This document shows, piece by piece, positions 36,676-50,000 of a DNA stretch of 64,000 nt. Positions within the stretch are counted from its first letter, which is position 1, and the number at the start of each line of letters is the position of its first letter. The DNA comes from Geosiphon pyriformis uo1 (Eukaryota; Fungi; Glomeromycota), in contig JAAOMT010000222.1 in assembly GCA_016748015.1 (NCBI GenBank), forward strand, positions 747,924 to 811,923, written 5' to 3'. The translations under genes were made by a program, and so were the position numbers. The notes below the pieces were generated by a model that did no database searches, was not told the origin of the DNA, and saw nothing but the letters and a program-made list of their open reading frames with translations.

Positions 36676-39600
36676 ACACTCAATCCAACACTGGTTCCTG
36701 AAATCTGAATGAGCCAAAAAGGATTCCGATTTATACGCATCCAGAGCAGCCTGGCTGTCTGAGAATAAGTCGACCATCCAAAAGGAAGGAATACACTCAA
36801 GAGCTAAAGCAATGGCCTGTAGCTCCATCAGAGTAGAAAAAACTATGCTAAACACTCTCACATCCAGACCTGAGTTAATGTCCTGAAAAAAAACCGCAGC
36901 ACCAGTCTTTATATTAATAGTACCCAAACTACACAGAGACTCATCCGTATACACAGAAAGATGGGGCCGCATCAATGGCCAACAGATTGTTACAAATAAC
37001 ACTAAAACCATAAGATTGATGAACATCAGAAACAGCACCACTATTCATAAGTAAAGAGCACCCAGAAGGAAGAACATCACCCTTAAGAAAGCAAACAGAA
37101 AGATCAAACCAGAAAGACATCAGGCTATGAGGGTCCAGCCTTTTTCAATGCTTGAAGATTTTTCAATCAAAGACACCACCACTTTAGTTTTACAGCTGCT
37201 TCACAAAAGCAATTCCATAACATTTGAGTAATGAGACACACTTAAAAAAATATGGCTTACTGAGAACCATAGACATAGAGATACCACCCCAAAAGTGAAA
37301 GGCACAAGCCAGAGAGTTGCCCAAAGACAAATCACATCCAGAAAAAATATGAACCACACCAGCCAAAAAGTTATTTGAAGAGTTAACACCAACACAAACT
37401 GGAAATAGCAAAGAATGATAAGGATGCCAACTAAGAACCTGGAGATCATAAGATCTATGAGAAAATAAATAACCCAAAATACCAATTGAGTTTGCAAAAT
37501 TGATAACAGATGCTGATTTACTCTCAGCTTGAATCTGTTCAAAAGTCTTTAAATTGTACAATGAAGGATGATAAAGTGCATTATTGGGAAAATCAAACGG
37601 CAGCCCCGACTTCGACTTTAAGCCTTTGTGTATTAGAGCATCCCATTTATTACACACACTAATAGGAATGAAACTAAACTGAATCCTATAGCTGATGATG
37701 GGAAACAGAACTGCAGACACTAAATATGCGAACTGCTTATCCGAAATTATCTTCCTAAAAACAAGATTTACAAAAAACCAAACATCTAGCCAAGCTAGGC
37801 TTGAACAAACCCTCAGTCAACAAAAAAATACCCAGATAACAATAAGATTCCCACTTCTTTGCAATGGAAATAGGCAATTCACTGATATCAAGCTGGGGAT
37901 TCATAACTAGACAATTGATAGGGATAGCCACTGTTTTGTTATTATTTATGGAAATGTCATTAAACCTGAAAAATTCACTAGCAACATCAAGGATGTGTTG
38001 TGTAGCAGTCTGGCTGTTACCAACCCATATTGTATCATTGACAAAAGCACCAGCAGCAAGAAATGAAGTCAACTGGTCTAAGGATTCACCTGGCCAGTCT
38101 TAGAAATGAAATTGGAATTTAATCTGTAACCACAAACATTCTTCTGTCTCTTGACCTTACACAAAAGTGAATTATAGAAAATGCACCAAAGAAGAGGTAA
38201 GAAAACTTTCCCTTGGTTCAACCCATTATAGACATAATATCTATTAGTCAATCTGAAGTCTGTTATCACCCTATTGACGTGACCATTGTGAATGCTACCA
38301 AAGAATCTTATAAACTTGTTACACATCTTGATTTTAATCAGACTTCTTCTAAGATGTTCCCAACCAACCAAGTCATAAATCTTATGCATGTTTTGTAAAA
38401 CCAGCCAAAGTTCTCTGTTCTTTTCTAGAGCATCTTTAACAACAGAACCAATGGCAAAAATAGGAAATTGTGTTATTGTGCCTTTCAAAACCAAAAAGTG
38501 GTCCCTACAAAGAACATCAAAAGTGCTGTAAGCTGAAGAGATCCTGTCTGAAAGAACCTTAAAAAGAATTTTGCAGGCTGTTTCAATCAGAGCAATTGGA
38601 TGAGTATTCATGAGAACACTCTCCCATTCATACAGTTTGGGTATCATTGAAACCCAAGCATCTCTCCAAGGTCTAGGAACCAATTTATTAACTAAGCAAG
38701 AGTTCAGAAGCACCAGAAGCATATCTAAAACTGACTTGTCGCAATGTTTCCACAATTCATTAGAAATACCAAAAAGGCCAGCAGCCTTTTCATTAGGAAA
38801 ATTCTTGACAATAGCAGACATCTCATCAAGACTAATTGAATACATAACACCAGAGAAAGCACCATCAAACACGTAATCCAGAGACTGAAATTGGCAAACC
38901 CAATTAGCGGAGAGATCAGATACCACTTTATGTTTCCTGGTCCATCCCTCCATGATCTCATCCATTTTAAATTTGACCAAATTCAGCTCCAAAATCAACT
39001 CATTTTCCACAACCAGATGATCCAAAACCACCTTATAAAAAAGATACTCCAACACACTCCTAATAGTATAACTCTTGTCTAACTCAAAACTTTTCATCCT
39101 CTTAGTAATAGTTTGCTTGATATGAAACTCCTCAGTGTGTTTGAATTCTAACAACTTGGCAGTGCAGTATAATTTTCTTGCCTTGGCAAGTGCAGAACAA
39201 ATAAGATTAAAATTAGAACCTGAAAGGAAAAGAAACTTTACCCCTAATGCACCAGTAAAATCAAGCTTGTTCCACATTTCCAACAATACAACAAAATCAC
39301 AACAAGAAACTAAACACGATGCCTTAACCAGTTTGGAAATGAGCAACTCCAGCTTATAAAACCTGGAAGATTTCTTGGTAAAAACACCATCAAAATCCTT
39401 GAACCATTTTCTCTTAAATACACTATCAGCCAAGAAAACCATAATCTTGCAAATAATGTCTTACATAATATCCAGATCCGAAAACTCCACAGCAAAACCA
39501 AATGCATCTGAGAACATAATAGCATTAGCAGCTGTATTATCTCTGAACTCAAACCATTTTGCCTCATTGGCATTTTTGATATCAAACTTCCAATGATCTC

Positions 39601-42301
39601 TATTCACTTGTTTGTAAAGAGAAATCAAATAAGTATCCAAAAGTTTACTCAACCCCAAAGACACAGAAACAGCCTAGTGATTTGTGTTAAAATGTTCACT
39701 AACATCGGAAATGCCACAATGAACAATTGCATTGATTAGATTTGGAGAAATAAACATATAGTCAATGGTTTTTTTAACACTCCTAGAATTTGTTCAAGTG
39801 GGTGTTTTAGCAGCCAAGCTTTTGACTAAAGAATTAACCAGTCCCAGATCCAGGCATTTCTTAAAACTAGCACATTTATAAGACCCATCTTCATTAAAGT
39901 CACCACCGAAAATGATAAAAGAAAATTCATTAACAGTCTTTACAATGAGAGAGTTGATTTTACTGGCTTGAGAGAACTAAACTGCTGAAGAAGCACCAGC
40001 ATAAAGACCCAAAATAGACACAGAAAGCTTATTTTTAAAAAGCAATTTGATGTATAGTAGCTAACCAGACACTTCAGAGACTTTATACACATGTCTTGCC
40101 AAAGAAAAATTCATGACAATAACCACACCAGCACCCAGATAACCAGAGTCCAAACCAGAAGTAAACACCCAAACACTATTGAACTTGCTGGCAATCCACA
40201 GACGAACCTTTCCTTTTAGTTTCAATTCCGTAAAAATAGAAAATAAATTGCCCATATCTTTATGCCAATGAATAATATTATTCTGTTTTGCAAGATTATT
40301 CATTCCTCTAACATTACATGTGGCAACTTTCCAAACCAGATCTATTATTGAAAAGGACTAAAAACAGGCACTGAATCAGCATTGTCCATTTTAGCTAAAA
40401 GGCTCATAACTGTAACCAAAAGATTCCTCAAAGTTTCTTCCATTTTCAAGACTACCAAAGGATTGAAAACTACTGTTCTTACTACAGTCTTACTACCAGT
40501 GGCCACACCCAAACTCTCATTCATCACTATATCTGCCCATTGATTCTGTGATGAAGGGGTTACCAACAGCTGACATCCAGGGCTAAGCTGGGAAACCATT
40601 GGCCCAGGTGTGTCCAACCTCTTAGCCAGCTTATCAACACACTCTGCAAGGCTGGCGAGACTGCACTCAAGAGTGACAAACCTATCATTCATATTCAAAG
40701 ACATCAGTGAAGTAGGCTTCATCTCCGAAAAAAAGCCATTTTTTGAATAAACATCCTGACCAAAGAGAGGGGGGAAAGAAGATCCACTAACAACACTACC
40801 CTATGAAGCACTACCAAAAGCAATTGGCTGAGTGACTGGAGCTAAATGTTTGGCATAAATGGTTACCAGTCTACTTTTATCAGAATCTGAAACCATCTGA
40901 TGTGGCAACCTACCAGAAAGCAATTCCCCACCAAGACTACAGTCCAAAGAAGTATGACCCAACCTCCTACACTTTGCACATATAGCAGAATCAATGTAGA
41001 ACCAATGAAAATGAGCACCTCTTAATATGGGTGTAGTTTCCATGACAGCATCCAATGATTTGGCTGACTCAAAACAAACAACGGCACATCTGGCCTGGGC
41101 ATACATAACCGGATGACAATCAATCACACACATTTTCCCACTTACAGAACCAATAAAGTCCCAGATGTTATAAGCATTTGTTCCCACAGATAGAGTATAG
41201 AGCAATGCTCTGTGAAGATCTCTTTTATCCCATGTAACCTTATCCAAATCTGATCTAGCAATGTGCATCACATCCTTCCCAATCAGGATGGACCATCTAT
41301 CTGCCAAAAGGTCAGCCTGAGATTGTTCTTCAAACTTAATAATTGTTTTTTGCCACAGCCCCACCAATTGCATTTTGATTGACTTAATTATACCAAATTT
41401 GAATAGCACAGCATGTACAGCCTTAGCTGATGTTCCAACTGGAATTTCTTTCATTACCACAGTCTGATCTGAATGACTAGTTGATTTCTTGAGATTGGTA
41501 TTTACCAAGATCTTCATATCTTTAGCTTTTCTGAAAGCCTGCGCCAAGCTCAAATCGGAAGTGAATAATGCTCTGATGATCCCAGCAAATTTTGAGGAGA
41601 TAGAGGTCCCCCCAAAACCATTGATTTTTGAGAATAATTTTCTGACCACCACAAGCTTTTTCTGAGTAGATTTTCTAACAACATTATCCAAACTGATGTC
41701 CAGAGCAAAAGATTTTCTAACAGAGATATTGACCAAGTTTTTTAGAGAGAGAGAAAGAACCACAGGACCGTCCAAGAGGATGTTATCATCATTGCTGCCC
41801 AGAAAATTGATTTTGCCCAGAAGTTTACTCAAAGCTTGCTTAGTGACTATCTTAGGTTCTTTAGGTGTTTGGTTATTGTCTTTTTCTTCCAGAAAATCCT
41901 TTTCTCTATAATCTACACTAGTCTTTTCGACTAAAAACTCTTCTTCCATGTCCACACTGTCAGGTTCAGTGGTATCTCCAGCCTCAGACCCCTAAGAACC
42001 ACCAACTGCTTTATCAGACAAAACCATTTTCTGAGCTGTACTGTTCTTTAGAATACCACACTTTCTTTTTTTCCTAGAAGCAACATTCTTATTAAAAGTA
42101 TCAGCACTAAAGCCTTTGGCAGACTTCTTCATTGCAGCAACATTGGGACCAACAATGGTCTTATAATTAAGCAGAAATGGTTTGGATTTATCGTATTGAA
42201 TTGTAAAAACTTCTTTCAAAAATTTTTTTTTTGACTCTTTTTTAGGAATTTAGGACAAAGGAGAGAAAGAAGTTTTTTTTTTAAATTAGTTTAATATTAC
42301 T

Positions 42302-42380
42302 TATTTTTTTTTTTTATTAACCCATTTAATGAGTGCAGCCCAATTGCTATTTAGTACATAGAACCAAACTAAATTACTTA
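42302..42380 (-). mobile_element. Very short LINE 3' end (poly(A) plus ~70 bp of 3' UTR)
   Basis: T-tract followed by aatgagtgcagcccaattgctatttagtacatagaaccaaac, the reverse complement of the LINE 3' UTR at ~20795-20835. Confidence 0.75.
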
Positions 42381-43098
42381 TAATTTATAAAATATATAAT
42401 TTAATTAATAAGTTTATTTTAAATAATATATTAAATAATTAAAATTTAATTATTAATCTGTTTTAATTATTAATTTTTTTTTAATATTATTAATATATAT
42501 ATATATAATTCTTATAATATAAAACATTTTAATATTTCTAAATATTTTTATATTTTTTTGGCATTTTTAAAATTTTTAGTATTTTTAAAATTTTTAAAAT
42601 TTTAGATTAATTATATTATATTATAAATACTAATTATTATTTTATTTTATTTTATTAATAATATTAATAAATTGCTAAAATTTTTATTAAAATTTTAATA
42701 AATAAGAATTAAAAATATTAAAGATTATTTGTTGTTTAAGAATTTAATTGTATTTTATATTTTTGTTAAATAATAATTAAGAAATTAAATAATTTCAGAA
42801 AATTTTTATATAAATTATTAATAATAAAATATTAATTATATAAATTTTTGTTAATAATATGGCTAAAAAAGCCAAGTTTCTTTTTTTAAAATAATATTTT
42901 TCAATATTTAACTTTAATTTTGCTTTTATAAATAATTTATATATGTTTTAAATATTAAAAATAAATATTATTATTAAAATAGATAATTACTGATTTTTAT
43001 AATAGTTTAACATAAAAAATATTTATAAGTTTTTAAAATATTGTTGAAATATTATATAATTTAAAAAACATAATTTTTTTTTTATTAAAGTTTAATAA

Positions 43099-44081
43099 TG
43101 TTATCCAAGTAGAAAAACCAATCCGAAGTTATGAAAAAATGTGACCAGAATATAACATAATACAGAATAGTACACAATACTATTGGATAACACATTATAA
43201 CTTAGGATAGTGCAGAATAATGCGCTATAACATAGGATAACACAGATTAACATGTAATAATACCCAAATAATGTGTTATAATATAAGATAACTAGTAATA
43301 ATATAGAAAAACAAAGCAATAGTTAGCAATAATAAAACAATCAAAAGCAATCCTGTAAACCAAAAAAATGTATAAAAATGAGTAGTTATAGAAGATAAAA
43401 ACAGAAACAAATAGATATAAACCCCTAAACAAGAATCAAATATCTTTACCCTTTCTATTATTTATTCTATTCCATCTTTATCTTCTAAAATAAATCAATT
43501 ATCAAAAAATCAGAATTACAAATTCATGTTCTCGAACTTTGTAGAACATATATAAATTGATTATTGTTTTATACTTTTATTTTAGGACAAATGCTCTTAG
43601 CATAATTGCCTCGAATTATTAACAATTTGGACCAATTGCTCTTGATCACAGCAATTGATAATACTAATTTTTTTTTTTTTTTTTTTTTTATTTTTTTTAT
43701 TTTTTTATTTTTTTTATTTTTTTTTTTCTTTATTCTTTTGTGGAGCAGCAATATAGTAAAATTGACTGTCTGGGAATAAATTTCGTGATAGTTTGGTAAA
43801 AAAAAAAGCTTCCCCTAGAGTTTTGGATATTAACATTATCTTAATAGCTTACCAGAAAGACAAAAAGACAATGCCAGACCTTAACAACTGTGCTTGTTAG
43901 CTTGAAAAAGAAAGCTCATCTTTATAAGAAGTTGCAATTAGTGAGAACCAAAACTCTATGCCCTATAACTAAGACTTTCAAAGACTGATAAACATCAACT
44001 CTGTAAAAAACATACAATCTTAGAATACTAAATTAGAACACCAAATATTACTACCATACCCCACCAAGTTTACCCATAATA
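43099..44081 (+). repeat. 5' LTR of element B (983 bp)
   Basis: TGTTATCC...CCCATAATA (terminal CA mutated to TA); direct repeat of 52141-53126. Confidence 0.92.
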
Positions 44082-47000
44082 TTTGGTGCTCTCTGTAAGA
44101 TTATAAATCTACAGAGACAAAACACTCTGAAAATTCACAAAAGTGGCAACTATTAAAACAGTAGGAAAGGACTACTCTCCATATGAAAAAGCATTATTTC
44201 AATACTTTCGAAAAGACTTAAGAATATCAGCAGAAACCACTTATGCAGAAAGAAATTTTTGTAACTATATCAATGCAAAAATTGACTGTTTATTAGACTG
44301 TGCAACTGACACAGAAAAACTGGGAAAACAAATCTATTAAAGCTTATTAGAGTACTCAACAGCCATGACTACCCAAGCAATTACTGAAACTCTGTACATA
44401 ATCAATACAGACATTAGATATTATATGACAAAATGATTTTCTTAAGTATAACAACCAGTGAAATTCGACTCTGAAGAATATGAGTCCAAACCCAATAGTG
44501 CAGTAGCTACAACTGTCCAAGCCAAGTCCACAGTTAACAAAAAACCAAAGTTCCTCTTCTCAACAACTCCATCATACTATTAGACACTCCAAAGCAGAAT
44601 TGTATTCAACCCACTCTTAGAAATCCAGTTGAAAACACCACAAACTTCTGAAAATTCACACCCTTGGAGTCAACACAGTTGAACCAAATCATTAGGAGAA
44701 TATGGATTGTTGTTTGAAAATCTCACTTCAACAATTAATAAAACAGATGAAAATATGTCAACATGAGAACCACCACCAACCCAACTCTTGACCGAAACAT
44801 CAACTACCTCTTTTGAAAAAACAGCTATTCTTCAGCCTATTGAGAAAATTAACAAAGAAAAACAACCAGAATTAACACCAAGAGAACATCCTAGCATGTA
44901 AACACCAAACCCCTCAGCATTAACCAGAAAAACTCCACCTACTTATTAGATTATGGCTTACCAAGATATTGCCAAATTAGAGAAATTCTTCAGTAAAGAA
45001 GATAACACATATACATGGATCATGAAAGCTGAAAAAGTCATTACCACCAACAATTGAGATGATGATAGAGCCATTCAAGCATTGCCATTCTTTTTAACTG
45101 GAACTGCAGACTTATGGTATCAAAGCCTTGCAGAGAAACCAACCAACTTTGCTGTCTTTAAACTTGTCTTTTTACAATACTTTTGTGACTTCAATACTCT
45201 CATCAGACTACAAAATCAGTTTAGTATTATAAAGCAAAAAGATTACGAAACAGTGACTATTTATCTTGGATAATTCAACCAAATTCTTTATCAAATTCAG
45301 GCCATTGAAAGAGACTACTACATTGGAACACAAATCCTTAATCAATTTGTCAAAGGATTAAAAAACAGCCTCCTCTGATCTGTAAGACTTCACCACCTGA
45401 CAACTCTACAAAAAACAGTTACTCTTGCTTGTGACTTTGAGTCAACAGAACAAAAGACTAATCATACTTAAGCCATTAATCTGGCTATTAATAGAACATC
45501 TAATATCAACACAAAAATAACTCAATTAAGTAAGAAATTAACTCAGAAAATTGAGAGATTTTTAGCAAGTACTATAAGACCTTACCAGTTATCACAATAA
45601 AGGAATAGTAATAACAACAAATACCAACAACAACAGAATTGTCAGCAACAACAACAACCTTGGAGATCCAATCTCCACAATTGTTACTATTGCCAGAAAC
45701 CTGAACATATTGTCCAGAACTGCCATAAGAAAGTAATAGACCAAAATCAAGGAAATCAGCAACTGAGATATCTTCAAAACATGGTATTTCAATACCCCAC
45801 GCTTCAATATCAACTACCTTAATACTTACAACAAATTCAGTATACCTAGCAACTGCCTCAGAACTACTACCATTATAGCCAATAGTTCAAACAGCACCCC
45901 AGTACCAAAACTCCATTAATAACCAATTTAAACATCATGTAATTGATTACAATCAAGGATGAAGAAACCCCAATAACAATCAGATGCTGACTTACAGTCT
46001 ATTATCACAATCCCTAAATTGTAGTAATGCCCCATTTCAACTAGTACCAACTAAATACCCTAACCAAGCCTTATATCTTGGTCTCACTAAAAACCAGAAT
46101 TTTTATAATTCTACACCTTTAGAAGAAAAGAATGTAAAAAAAACTTCCAACCTTTCAAGGCAAAATCAAAACAACAATACTATCCCACCTGCCACTATCA
46201 CTGAAAATACCGCTCTTGCTGCTATTTTTTTTTTCGACATTGATGGTTTGAATACAAATAGTCTTTTCAGCAGAGCCATCATAAATCAAGACAAACCAAT
46301 CATGGCTCTGTACACTAATGCTAGAGTCAGAAACATAGATATTAAATTAATTTTTAATAGTAGATCAGCAGGTAGTATAATAACAAAACAACTCATGGAT
46401 CAATTAGGTTACCAAGTAGATCGTGCTGCAACTGCCCGAATAATTACTGCAGATGGCAATACCAAAACCTCAATCAGAGAAATTGATAACTTCCTCTTCA
46501 AAATCAACAAAATCCAAATTCTTACAAAAGTTCTGGTCATAGAAGCCACACAATATTAAGCTCTCATCAGAAACAATTGGTTGGCCAAAGCCCATGTCAC
46601 TCTTGACTAGAACATACAGGAATTACAGATCACTTTTAATGGACAATATGCCCAAGTTCTGGCTATATGCAGACACTTCAAAGTCCAAAGCTTAGAGAAA
46701 CTACTAATTGAATTCAAAGACACAACACCACCACCAACCATAGAAACCTACCAAGTTTTATGAATGAATAATTTCTGAATAGAGTTACCTCTACTACCAA
46801 CTTGGGAAAAAAAAAGAAAAGAAAAACTAGAAGAAGAACTACAATTGGCACCTGCAGGCTATTCCACCCCAAGTTAAGAAAGTCAATGGTATCAAACCCC
46901 AAAATTAATTTGTGTCGACTGTGAAAAAAAGTTATTTTCTATGGGTGCATGTATCAGAGATGACAAAGAATGACCAACTGCCACCAAACATTACTGCAGA

Positions 47001-50000
47001 CCTTATGTGTTAGAAAAATTTGGCAGATCAAAATAACAAGGCAAATAAAACAATACACTATGTCTTGTTTGTGGTAAGATTCTGTCAAATAAAGAACTAT
47101 GGAACAATGTTCCCAACAGAGAAAAAACATGTGATGAAGCATATCAATACATCATCTTGATCAATAATTGGATACAAAAAAAAACTTCAATCGACGATGC
47201 CTAGAAATAAGCATTATGACAATTGGATAGGTATCTCCATGATAAACATAAGATTTGGAGAATGACAAGTGCAAAAGCAGAGGGTGCTACAACCAGAAAA
47301 TTATGGAAAATCAAAAACAATCTCTTATTTCTTCCAGAACCTGAATATATTATAACTTTGGACATCTTTGGCAACATTGAAGATGATCCAGAATACTTCT
47401 ATGAGCACTACTAAAACCTGATACTGATTAAAAAAAAGCAGAAACAAAGACTTGCTGACCTAAACATGAAACTGTGTGATTATTGTTTGATCTCTTGTCA
47501 TTTTCAGTACTGTGACAAATGTGATATCATGTTCAATTCACCCCCAAAAAAACTATATCCAATTACTGAACTACTAAAACCCAAGATAAAAGAGGAATTA
47601 ATCACCGAGAATATGTTGTTTCAAGATCCAACTGAGGATACTAAAACAGAACAGTATCTTGCATATTCCAACCTATTCAAAAAATTAGAATTAAAATGGT
47701 ATAGTGACAACAAGGAAGGAATCCGCCCCAAAAAAGTACATAATACTAATGCTGGTTTTGACCTACAATACTCCAGACAATCAACCATAGTTATAGCCTC
47801 ACATTCCCTTATAACAATAAATCTTAAGATAGTGTTAGAAATTTCTATTAGTACAATAGTACAAGTTGCCTTTCAATCTAGTTTAACCAAGAAAGAAATT
47901 GACATAAAGGGAGAAATTATTGATGTTGGTTATATGAGAAACATCATCGTAATGTTGCAGAACAATTTGGATAAACTCTACAAAATAAAATCATATAAAA
48001 AAATAGCCCAAGCTATGTTTCTGCTCTTAGTAAAAATACCACAATTAATCCCAGTGATGACCCACAAAGAATTAGGTCTTATTGTCAAAGGAATCAATGG
48101 ATTTGGATCAAATAAAAGAGAAAACATACCAGTTAATTTCATGAAAGAAAACAGTAACAAAGTAGAACTTATCTACACCAACACAGTCATTTCCATCTCC
48201 TCTTACTGACAATACATTCTCAAGATGAATCAAAAAATCCAAGATTAAGTCCTGTTATTTGAAGCCAATCCTGAAATCTGTTCCCTAGCCAATATTGCTA
48301 ACTTATATCTACTGGCCAAAGCTCATAAACACTTTAAAATCTTCATCCACAACTCCACAAAAGACATAATTGAAATTCCTAAAGGAATTCTTATTGGTTT
48401 CATCTCATTGAACATTCAACATCCCGAAAAACTCCAGCCCATTCCAGATTTTGCACAACTATTCTTATTTTGTGATATTATCTCACAAGTATGAAACTTG
48501 CTAAAAGAAAATTACCTGTTCATGCCAGAAGAAATTGACAAATTACACTTGGAAAATCTGAGTACTCTTCAGCAAATTTAACTTAAGGTTCTCTTAAATC
48601 AATATGCCAATGTCTTTGCCAGTAAAAATAAGTTTGGACACACTGACATTGTGAAGCATCAGATTGATATAGGAGATATTCAACTTATTAAACAATAGAC
48701 TTACTGAGTATCCCCATCTGGTGACAATCTTATCAAACAAGAAGTCTAATGAATACTTGACAACAGCTTAATTAAGGAATTGTTAAGCCCTTGGTTCTCT
48801 CCAGTAGTCCTGGTCACCAAAAAAAACAGAAAGGTACAATTCTGTGTGGATTACTGAAAATTAAATAGTGTTATCTAAGAAGATAGTTATTTCACTCCTC
48901 TTATCCAAGAAATTTTGGACAATCTAGGAAAAAAGAAATGGTTCTCATTATTAGATCTAGCCAGCAGATATTGGCAGGTCGAAATGAATTCAGAAGATAA
49001 AAAAAAAATGGCATTTACCACTTGAAACAGAAACTTTGAGTTCAATGTAATGCCCTTTAGACTTTATAACACTTCTATTACATTCCAGTGTTTTATAAAT
49101 ATCATGTACAAAAAAATTCTTTGAAAATCAGTTATAGTTTACTTAAATAACACAAATGTATTCTCTGAAATGTTTAATAATCATCTGCTCCACTTTTAAC
49201 AAGTCTTTGAACACCTTCAAAATGCTGGATTAAAACTCAATCCTGAGAAATGTTTCTTTGGGAAAACTGAGTTGAAATTCCTGGGACACATGATCGGCAA
49301 AAACAGAGTCAAACCCAATCCAAACAAGATCCAAAAGGTTAAAAATTTTTCAGCCCCAATTAACTTTCAAGAGTTACAAGAATTTTTAGGATTAGTAGGA
49401 TACTACTGCCAATTTGTCAAAGGGTTTTCAACTATTGCAAAACCTCTTTACTACTTGTTGTCCAAATATGTGCCATATTTATAGAAAAAAAAACCAACAG
49501 AAAACATTCAATTATCTCAAGCAGCAATTGATCACATCTCCAATCCTGATTTACCTAGATTTCATTAAACAGTTCATTGTCACTGCAAACACCTCAAAAA
49601 ATGCTTTAGAAGCAGTTTTATTATAGATAGAACTAGACAATAGAGAACATCCAATTGTCTATGCCAGTTGTAGCACTAGCCCAGCAGAAAAGAATTACAG
49701 CACAACAAATCTGAAATGTTTTGCCATCTATTAGGCAGTACAAACGTGAAACCACTATCTCAGTCAACTATTTGACCTATATACAGATTATAAAAAACTT
49801 ATTTGGTTACTCAATAGCCTACAACTGGAAGAAAAATATGCAAGATAAAGTACTTATCTACAACAATTTTCACTCAAAGTCCATTACAAGGAAGGATCTA
49901 AGAACACCAATACTGACAGTTTGTCAAGAATATCACAAATCTAATCCCAGATCTATAAACACAACCAATTACTATTGGCTATATTAGTACTTATTAACAC

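Larger units (their letters stand above)
25321..42291 (-). mobile_element. Full-length RNase H-containing LINE (ORF1 + ORF2 APE-RT-RNaseH-Cys tail), split by the Gypsy insertion at 26464-36675
   Basis: ORF1 ~42160-40345 with CCHC 'CAKCRRLGHTSLDC'. ORF2 from ~40345: 'VATCNVRGMN', 'GGDFNE', RT 'AAGAFVNDTIW', RNase H 'SVYTDESL...ELQAIALAL...FSDSQAAL', 'CLFCSNIEISDHVFCC', stop 25455. 3' UTR and T-tract at 25320. Candidate TSD TAATATTACT at 25311-25320 and 42292-42301. Confidence 0.92.
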
